Below are positions 58,201 to 64,000 of a DNA stretch of 64,000 bases, one piece after another; position 1 is the stretch's first letter; each line of letters starts with the position of its first letter. The position numbers were made by a program, and so were the translations under genes. This DNA is from Candidatus Omnitrophota bacterium (lineage in GTDB: Bacteria; Hinthialibacterota; Hinthialibacteria; Hinthialibacterales; Hinthialibacteraceae). Location: positions 5,488-69,487 of the forward strand of contig JAFGTC010000316.1 in the NCBI GenBank assembly GCA_016934335.1, in the 5' to 3' direction. Under the pieces are notes generated by a model. It worked only from the letters and a program-made list of their open reading frames with translations, was not told where the DNA came from and ran no database searches.

Positions 58201-59644
58201 TCTATTGGAAAAAATCGACGTGGATTATCCCGACGTATTTCTATGGTCGATCCTGGAGCCGCTGCCCGAAGGCATCCGAAGCGTTTCGATTCACGAAGAC
58301 ACATCGTTCACCGTCTTATCGGAAAACGAATGGGCCGGGCCGCCGGTTCAAATCGCCTTCGTTGTGCGCCGCGCCGAAGCCACGGCCACGCCGACCGGTA
58401 CGCCGACTCCCGTCGCAACCAATACGCCCACACCAACCTGGACGCCCACTCCAACCTGGACGCCCATTTCGGCGAGTACGCCCACACCGACGCTGCCCAA
58501 GCCTCCATCCCCCACTCCGGCGGCGCCCACGCCCACGCCGACGCCTTACGGCATCGACCGATTCACCTTCCCCGAAATCGTGTTCAGCGAAACGCGGCTG
58601 GGGCCGCTCGATTGGATCGTAGAGCCTTCGGGCCGCCTGGCGGCCGCACATTACGACGCGGGCGCGATCGGCTTTTACACGCGCGATGGTCGGGAATATA
58701 CGGAAGCCGCCGGCATCGAAGCGCAGTTCGGTCTGGCGAACATCGCCATGGACGACTTCAACGGCGACGGCCACATGGATCTTTACGCGCTCAACGTGAT
58801 TCAAGAAACCCTCGGCGTCTACATCGGCGATGGAAGCGGGGGCTATGCCTTGAGCGCCTCGCTCGATGTGAGCGAAGCGCAGATCCCCGACATCTACAGC
58901 CTCAACAATGGCGTACGCTATCGATCGCTGCTAGTGGGACGAATCAATGGAGACGAAAAAGCCGACGCCGTCATTCGAGGAAGACAAACGATCCTCATCG
59001 CAATCGCCGGCGACGACAACCGGCTTCACATCGAACAGCGCATCGAGTTGGACGGCGTCAGCCGATTCATCAACGGCGGCGACTTCGACGGCGACGGCGA
59101 CATCGATTTTCTGCTCGGCTTGCGCTCCGCCTCGGGACAGCAGCAAATTCGAATTTACAAATCGGAAGACGGGCAATTTTCGCTGGCGCAAACCCTTCGC
59201 ACCGACTTCGAATTGGAAGGCAACAATCCGCTGCAAACAGTTTTATACGACTGGAACGCAGACGGCCGGCTCGATCTGAGCGTGTTGGTCTTCACCGGCG
59301 CCGTCCAGCGATACATCAACGGCCAAGACGGCCTGTTCACCCGCATCGACGACATCGTCGCCCTTCCGCTGGGCGAGGTTGTAGCGATCGATCTGCCCGA
59401 TCTCGATAACGACGGCGTTCCCGAACTGATCGGCCTGCACCGCAGCCAGAAAGGACTCGCACTGGTTTTAGTATGCTGCGATGGCTATGCACAGCAGAAA
59501 TCGATCCCGATCAGCGACGACGCCCCCGAAGGCGAGCGCTACGCTCTGCACTGCCTGGACGCCGATCTCGACGGCGACCTGGACATCCTATTCACGCGCA
59601 GTTATCACGACGACCTGGTCTGGATGGTCAACGGCGTCAATTAA
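55262..59644 (+). CDS. Giant secreted protein of 1461 aa: low-GC WD40/beta-propeller-like N-terminal half, Pro-Thr tandem-repeat linkers, FG-GAP (integrin-alpha/VCBS-like) C-terminal half
   Basis: Signal peptide [17 protein letters not shown]. Seventeen 7-aa PT repeats. C-terminal Ca-binding FG-GAP-like loops [72 protein letters not shown]. Start placed at the Met at 55262. Confidence 0.7.
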   Translation: MKLFVFRNMARLIKNGSEGFKVRKKQRLLIRLLSLFFLLTSPALWAQDQPPRMDIGYGNISSAAFSMFGHNLIYTPDSTKIAFSGDKGVYIYEFDKNNYELTAGAKLLLEDTTVNDIVFTKAMLPDDQERLLLACADGVIRVYNPETGEIVQILEGHSGSVLKIIEGSLPNEYVSGDIDGKIITWKIQRTKEFSLYKNIGIGKPIKSLDAFFGNNNYWIIVSTQNSLELRNTLTGGIIDSRTETDYIDDMKFTQDGKYVLIAGDNSAKLLDASNLNNNPIISYGISSITEMKEIRSVDFSSDESKVITGDESGVYRIWNRNNGATPVLTNQSHYSAIHTSIFSPDIETYDYSLITASKENAFLWRSSSDYQNTIERFPFWEHDDHITDICITNDNQFLITSGASRTIKLWKVDLTIPSSELWGVITKHSNEISSFSYSHLEGFSSSLVTCDKGGFRYLWDLSSHQPYMGKEINNKYGSLFSADEGKNVFLSNVYSNKVNGEQYLLSVGYTGEYEHNVGKFHLNSLTSASVNLNETDIQGLLTSGDISPDGSRFVTATKDGKIKLYSTNSVLALNRIKISSPGDVSITRFIDDETIFVGRNTDFYIFQFTHDTSILLHQETLQSRGISFSKIKNIAALLTGDHEVQLIDVTPGSDSLPGIYKEDLSSLPKHKQDSEKITAISLSEDGKYLALGRQNGAASVVDIESLWPQAASTPTPVPPTDTPVPPTDTPVPPTDTPIPPTDTPVPPTDTPVPPTDTPVPPTNTPIPPTNTPVPPTNTPVPPTNTPVPPTDTPVPPTDTPVPPTNTPIPPTNTPVPPTDTPVPPTNTPVPPTNTPTPTLTFTPSPTDTPSPTPPPSAPQWIRDIPDIRLLQGQAAEAILDLDDYVYDADTPLNELQWKYSSADGIAASIDSEHRLFLPAIETTGEGGTLTIQASDGANQIEQQVRVKTSSFRIKTNRELQCPIAVIPGKITYTSPYRLDDLLEKIDVDYPDVFLWSILEPLPEGIRSVSIHEDTSFTVLSENEWAGPPVQIAFVVRRAEATATPTGTPTPVATNTPTPTWTPTPTWTPISASTPTPTLPKPPSPTPAAPTPTPTPYGIDRFTFPEIVFSETRLGPLDWIVEPSGRLAAAHYDAGAIGFYTRDGREYTEAAGIEAQFGLANIAMDDFNGDGHMDLYALNVIQETLGVYIGDGSGGYALSASLDVSEAQIPDIYSLNNGVRYRSLLVGRINGDEKADAVIRGRQTILIAIAGDDNRLHIEQRIELDGVSRFINGGDFDGDGDIDFLLGLRSASGQQQIRIYKSEDGQFSLAQTLRTDFELEGNNPLQTVLYDWNADGRLDLSVLVFTGAVQRYINGQDGLFTRIDDIVALPLGEVVAIDLPDLDNDGVPELIGLHRSQKGLALVLVCCDGYAQQKSIPISDDAPEGERYALHCLDADLDGDLDILFTRSYHDDLVWMVNGVN
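57402..57771 (+). repeat. Perfect/near-perfect 21-bp tandem repeat, about 17.5 copies, encoding (P-T-D/N-T-P-V/I-P)n inside the giant gene
   Basis: Direct reading gives ccgccaaccgatacgccngttccgccaaccgatacg..., consensus ccgccaaccgatacgccngtt. The antisense ORFs 57184..57861, 57291..57770 and 57326..57838 are artefacts of this repeat. Confidence 0.9.
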
Positions 59645-59659
59645 AACGCTGAAGACCAG

Positions 59660-61288
59660 TCAGTTCATTTTCACGATCATCAAACCGCGCGCCGGGACGG
59701 CGATCTCCGCTTTTCCCGGCGCGGCGGATATAAAGCCGCTTGACTCGGGCAGACAGAGAAGCGGCGACAACTGAGTCTTCGCGGATTTTTTCCTCAAGAC
59801 CGCCTTGATTTCCGCATCGTTGAAATTCTCGATCCCATAAACATCGTCGCCGAACATATACAAAGCGACGCGGGTCGGCGCATCGAATTCCAAGCCGAAC
59901 GGCGCCAGCAAAGCGCGGCGCATCGCACCAAGCCGCTCTTCCGGAAGATTCATCAAATCCCAAAAATCATCGGGAACGTCCAGAATCATCGAATCGTCCA
60001 GCTGCTCTTTCAAAGACAAAGGCAGCTTTTCCGCCAGGCGTTTTGTGACGAGAACCGGCTTTTGATCCGCAAGCATTTGACCTAATTTCTTTGCCAGTTG
60101 ATCGTCTTTGAGAGAATGATACGGGAGAAACGCCGCGGGAGCGTCCGGATCGATCTCCACGGCGGGCTTTAACGGCAGCCCCAGCATGCCGATGAAATCA
60201 TAGATGTAGCGGTCGCCTTCCCCTTCGCTGTTGGGGATCTTGGGCGCGTGGATGCCGCGAATCTCTTTCCCGCGCACAATCTTCGCCAGATCAAAAAGTT
60301 TCGGCAGTTCATCCCGCAGCGCTCGAATGTTCTCCGGCCCGTTGCTTCTGACAAGAGAGCCATAGCAAAACAAAAGAGCTTCCCTGGCGCCGCCGAGAAT
60401 GGTTTGACGCGCCTGCTCGAGATAGGTTTTGGGGGATGTGCCGTACGGATCGAACCAGCCGCCGCCGCACTTCTCGCCTCCCAAAACGCCCAGCCAGCGC
60501 ATGATGAAAAACGCTTCGTACTGCGCCTTCCGCCCCCAGCGCTCCGAATCGGGATCGCGGGTCTCGGTTCCCACCCAAATCTTGTCGAACATCTCGCTCT
60601 GCCGCACGACCTCGTAGCCCCTTGAGTGAAAACCGTCATACCACTGAGGATATTTGATGATAATCTTCACGCCGGGATTGGCCTGGCGGGCGGGATCGAT
60701 CACGAAACGCTTCGATACATCGACCAGCATGTCGCAGCGGAAATCATCCCACGACCGCTCGCCCTTCGCTTTCTTGCAGTCTTCGCACTCACACCCCGTC
60801 GCGAAGAAGTCGTCGATCATCACTTCATCGAAAAGCGAAGCGCTGTACGTAAAAACACGCTTCAATGTTTCCAGCGACTTTGAATCGCTGAAACAAGGAA
60901 AGATCCAGCCGTTCACGCTGTCCCGGCCGATGTTGGTCGTCGTAATGCAGCCGCTGACCTCGATCCCTTCCTCTTGAAATTTCTTTTTCGCGTTAAGCAG
61001 CACGTCTCGATCCGCCGTGTAATTTCCGCGAAAGACTTCCAGATAGACATGCGTCACAGCCGTGTCTTTGCACCACTGAACCGCCTCCTGCAGCGAATCG
61101 GGCTGCGCAAGAAAATCGCGTACGTCCTGCGCAGTAAACAAAGTGGAAAATCGCATCGCGTCCCGGTTGGCCTGCGCCTGCTGCCATAAATCGGCGGAAT
61201 TCGCGACGCCCCCGAACCAGACCGGCAACAGCAGAATTATTGACAAAACACGGTTCTTCAAACAATAAATAGAATGAGTTTTTACCAT
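59660..61288 (-). CDS. Secreted hypothetical protein (possible carbohydrate-active enzyme), 542 aa
   Basis: Signal peptide VLSIILLLPVWFGGVANSA. Coding-like composition. I recognise no family. Confidence 0.5.
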   Translation of the reverse strand: MVKTHSIYCLKNRVLSIILLLPVWFGGVANSADLWQQAQANRDAMRFSTLFTAQDVRDFLAQPDSLQEAVQWCKDTAVTHVYLEVFRGNYTADRDVLLNAKKKFQEEGIEVSGCITTTNIGRDSVNGWIFPCFSDSKSLETLKRVFTYSASLFDEVMIDDFFATGCECEDCKKAKGERSWDDFRCDMLVDVSKRFVIDPARQANPGVKIIIKYPQWYDGFHSRGYEVVRQSEMFDKIWVGTETRDPDSERWGRKAQYEAFFIMRWLGVLGGEKCGGGWFDPYGTSPKTYLEQARQTILGGAREALLFCYGSLVRSNGPENIRALRDELPKLFDLAKIVRGKEIRGIHAPKIPNSEGEGDRYIYDFIGMLGLPLKPAVEIDPDAPAAFLPYHSLKDDQLAKKLGQMLADQKPVLVTKRLAEKLPLSLKEQLDDSMILDVPDDFWDLMNLPEERLGAMRRALLAPFGLEFDAPTRVALYMFGDDVYGIENFNDAEIKAVLRKKSAKTQLSPLLCLPESSGFISAAPGKAEIAVPARGLMIVKMN

Positions 61289-61444
61289 GATTCACCTCTT
61301 TGTTTAACGGATAGAAAAAATAGAGTCCTTCATCAACATAAGCATTCCATCTCCGCGTTTCAAGCGCTTGAGTCTAAGACGGCGAATTATGCGTCTGTTT
61401 CGCTTTCCATGCATTCAATCATTTGCATGAATTGAGAGGAGAAT

Positions 61445-63199
61445 TTATCGAGGGATCAGCCAGACGGTTTGATAGGGCGCCAACATTAATTTCCCTTTTT
61501 TCAATGGCCGCGTTTCATTGCGAATCAAGTCGACGCATTCGCCCCGTTGGTCAAGCAATGGAATGCGCCCGAAAATCGGCGCCGATTTTCTTTCCGCCGT
61601 AACGTTGCTGATTGAAATAATCGCCTCGCTTTCGTCCGGCGAAATTCGCTGAAATGCAAAAAATGCATCGCCCAGTTCGAAGATCTGCTGCCCCCCGTCC
61701 GGATGGAAGGCGGGGTGTTCGGCGCGCAGTCTCAAAAGCCGCGCCAGTTCGCCGAAAACATGTGCGGCGGTCGACTTGGGATCATGAAGAATTTCCAACA
61801 ACTCGCTCTCGCTCCACTTCCTGCGATTGATGGAGCGCACCTGCCCGGTGCGATTGACGGCGGCGTAATCGTTGCGCGTCGCCGTCAGGCTGTGAAAATA
61901 CAATGCCGGAATACCCTTCAATCCCAGCGGAATAATTTGAGAGCAGAGAAACCGTTGCGCATGCAGCGGCCAATCGGGCCGTCCCGGTTCGGAAAGCGCA
62001 TCGAAATACGTGATGTTGAGTTCATAGGGGCTTTCCCCTCCGTCAGGATTGGTTTTGGTTGAAACGAATCCGCCGCGATGATGAACGCTCTCGATCAAGG
62101 AGCCGAATTCCTCGGCGGGGAGCAGCCCCTCCAAGGGCCGCACGCCGATGCCATCGTGCGAAGCGGTGAAATTCAAAAATGCGCAGCCGGCGGGCGGATC
62201 CTTGAGATCGCGGGCCCATTGCGTCAGAGAAGCCGCGCTTCCCTTCAGCAACGTATGCAGCAAAAGGGGCGGCAGGCTGAACTGATACACAATCTGGGCC
62301 TCATCGCCGTCGCCGAAATAACTTACATTCTCCTCGTGCGGAACATTGGTTTCGGTAAGAATGAGAACTTGAGGAGCGAGCATCTCGAGAAAATCGCGAA
62401 ACAGTTTGACAATGGCATGAGTTTGAGGAAGATGGACGCACGATGTGTTCAGCTCTTTCCACAAGTAAGCAATGGCGTCGAGGCGGACTACACGCACCCC
62501 TTGCGTAATAAAAAACATAAGAATATCGAGAAATTCAAAAAGAACGTCGGGGTTGGCGAAGTTGAGATCGATTTGATCGGAGCTGAATGTCGTCCAGACA
62601 TGCCGCAGACCCGCCGGCGTTTGAACGGGCGTCAAGAGCGGGCTGGTGCGCGGGCGAACGACGGAATCGAGATTCGTCTCGGGATCGACCTCGATGAAAT
62701 AATGACGCCCCGGCGCGATTCCATTCAGATAATCTCGATGCCAGGCGCATTGACTGGAAACATGATTGAGCACCAAATCGAACATCATGCGGAACGATTC
62801 CGCAATCGACCGAATATCGTCCCACGAACCCAATTCAGGATCGACCTGCTTATAATCAATCACCGAAAATCCGTCGTCGGACGAAGAGGGGAAAAAAGGC
62901 AGAATATGAATCGCGCTGACGGCGCCCTTCAAATGATCGTCCAAAAATCGCTTCAATACGACCAGCGGCTTTTCGGGATGATCTTGACCGCCGTCTTTCT
63001 GAACCATGTCGCCATACGTGATCAGCAGGCTGGCGCGCTGATCCCATGGCAATTCGAATCGGGGAAAATCGACGCCGACGCCGTAGCGCCCCACCAGCAT
63101 GGCCAGCCGCTCCATGCACTCGAACGCCCGATAATCGTATAATTCCTTCATATGCTGCTGAATTCGGGCAAGATATGAACTGGCAAAGGTTTTGATCAT
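61445..63199 (-). CDS. GH13 sugar phosphorylase of the sucrose-phosphorylase family (sucrose / glucosylglycerate phosphorylase-like)
   Basis: Segments AIHILPFFPSSSDDGFSVIDYKQVDPELGSWDDI, FDLVLNHVS, GVRVVRLDAIAYLWKE, ILTETNVPHEEN and FTASHDGIG. Confidence 0.8.
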   Translation of the reverse strand: MIKTFASSYLARIQQHMKELYDYRAFECMERLAMLVGRYGVGVDFPRFELPWDQRASLLITYGDMVQKDGGQDHPEKPLVVLKRFLDDHLKGAVSAIHILPFFPSSSDDGFSVIDYKQVDPELGSWDDIRSIAESFRMMFDLVLNHVSSQCAWHRDYLNGIAPGRHYFIEVDPETNLDSVVRPRTSPLLTPVQTPAGLRHVWTTFSSDQIDLNFANPDVLFEFLDILMFFITQGVRVVRLDAIAYLWKELNTSCVHLPQTHAIVKLFRDFLEMLAPQVLILTETNVPHEENVSYFGDGDEAQIVYQFSLPPLLLHTLLKGSAASLTQWARDLKDPPAGCAFLNFTASHDGIGVRPLEGLLPAEEFGSLIESVHHRGGFVSTKTNPDGGESPYELNITYFDALSEPGRPDWPLHAQRFLCSQIIPLGLKGIPALYFHSLTATRNDYAAVNRTGQVRSINRRKWSESELLEILHDPKSTAAHVFGELARLLRLRAEHPAFHPDGGQQIFELGDAFFAFQRISPDESEAIISISNVTAERKSAPIFGRIPLLDQRGECVDLIRNETRPLKKGKLMLAPYQTVWLIPR

Positions 63200-63226
63200 G
63201 ATCGCTCCATACCGGCTTTACCGTCC

Positions 63227-64000
63227 TCATGCCGGACTTCTCGTCCCGATGATGTTGGCGATCAGAGAATACAGTTTGCGGCGCAGCACTGAAAAACTGT
63301 AGAACTTGGCGGCCAGATTATAGTTATAATCGACCATCTCTTGGCGATACTCCGAATCCTCTAAAATACGGCGCACTTCCTGCACGGCTTTGTGCGTGAC
63401 ATAGCCTTCCATGATGGGCGCGCGAAATCCTTTGGGTTCAATATCGCGCACGAAGATGGAGTAGCGATTGACGAACACCGGCTTCTTGAAATAAAACGCT
63501 TCCAGCAGAGCGTTGCCGAATCCTTCGTATAGACTGGTGTACGTAACCAGATCCGCATGGGGATAAAGATCCCACAGCGTATAGATTTTCTTGCCGCGCC
63601 GGTCGATTTTTCGTTTATCCCCGATTCGCGTTTCAATAAAGCGAAGATCCACTCCTTCCCGATGCGCCGTCTCGTTCAACATGGATCGATATTCGAAGCC
63701 TTCATCTCCCGCTTCATGCGAAATCACCAGCTTATATTTGGGATCGCCGAGCATTTTGACCAATTGAATGGCATGCTCGATGCCCTTGCGAGGAACCACT
63801 CGCGTGGGCTGCAGAATCATCACATCATCCGGCCCCAGGCCGATTTCCGCCCGAATGTCGGATGAATACTCATCCAAGCCCGGTGCGGGATTTTCAAAAT
63901 CGAAGACATTCGGCACCAATGTAGAGGGAACGCCCTTCCGCCAGGAAAGTTCTTCCTGAGCGGATTGATTAATGACCGCATGCTGCAAATCCACTTCGCG
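63227..64000 (-). CDS. Glycosyltransferase family 4 (GT-B), C-terminal ~255 aa. The N-terminus lies beyond the right window edge.
   Basis: Segments [17 protein letters not shown] and [22 protein letters not shown] carry the E-x7-E-type GT4 motif. The ORF is open to the window end. Confidence 0.7.
   Translation of the reverse strand, partial: REVDLQHAVINQSAQEELSWRKGVPSTLVPNVFDFENPAPGLDEYSSDIRAEIGLGPDDVMILQPTRVVPRKGIEHAIQLVKMLGDPKYKLVISHEAGDEGFEYRSMLNETAHREGVDLRFIETRIGDKRKIDRRGKKIYTLWDLYPHADLVTYTSLYEGFGNALLEAFYFKKPVFVNRYSIFVRDIEPKGFRAPIMEGYVTHKAVQEVRRILEDSEYRQEMVDYNYNLAAKFYSFSVLRRKLYSLIANIIGTRSPA

Noticed and set aside
57838-59409. 523-aa plus-strand ORF in an alternative frame of the giant gene (Arg-rich)
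   Set aside because: It overlaps the well-supported FG-GAP frame. Its extreme Arg/Pro/Gly content is characteristic of a wrong frame in >60% GC DNA.
1-64000. CRISPR arrays, tRNA, rRNA, tmRNA, transposases or integrases, prophage genes
   Set aside because: I saw no spaced direct repeats, no tRNA-like T-loop or acceptor patterns in the intergenic gaps, and no transposase or integrase-like ORFs. A small tRNA missed by eye cannot be excluded without tRNAscan.

Overview
This 64-kb window looks like ordinary chromosome from a mid/high-GC (about 55-60%) Gram-negative bacterium. The gene content fits the PVC superphylum or a related lineage (Planctomycetota, Lentisphaerota or Kiritimatiellota). It carries many TAT-type sulfatases, LamG and FG-GAP giant secreted proteins, prepilin-type N-methylation proteins and sigma-54 machinery. 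Coding density is high and most genes sit on the minus strand. I found no rRNA, tRNA, CRISPR array or transposase.

Housekeeping content I am confident about:
- A 5'-truncated hypF at the left edge. It is not in the ORF track because it runs off the window.
- A split transketolase, udk, tmk, and a MoxR AAA+ ATPase.
- An NtrC-type sigma-54 activator and a cyclophilin PPIase.
- The conserved ffs(SRP RNA)-dnaX-ybaB-recR block. The SRP RNA is an ncRNA that no ORF track would show.

Accessory or unusual content:
- Two paralogous secreted Asp/Gly-rich proteins that both end in W-x-L-F.
- A DUF58 + BatA-like VWA pair that is uncoupled from its usual MoxR partner.
- Tandem, translationally overlapping GTPases (dynamin-like or YfjP-like). 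They are flanked by a 1072-aa single-pass membrane protein with a long acidic disordered ectodomain and by one of the secreted paralogues.
- A sulfatase-rich glycan-degradation locus: beta-helix protein, C45-like Ntn hydrolase, two convergent TAT sulfatases, and a double-LamG protein.
- A 1461-aa giant protein with an obvious internal compositional break. The N-terminal beta-propeller-like half is about 30-40% GC and the FG-GAP half is about 62% GC. The two halves are joined by a perfect 21-bp x 17 Pro-Thr tandem repeat.
- A GH13 sugar phosphorylase plus a GT4 glycosyltransferase at the right edge.

My best candidate for an undescribed system is the 36.1-44.3 kb block (membrane giant + two GTPases + secreted paralogue). 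Every product call rests on motif-level reading of the translations. None has been checked against a database.
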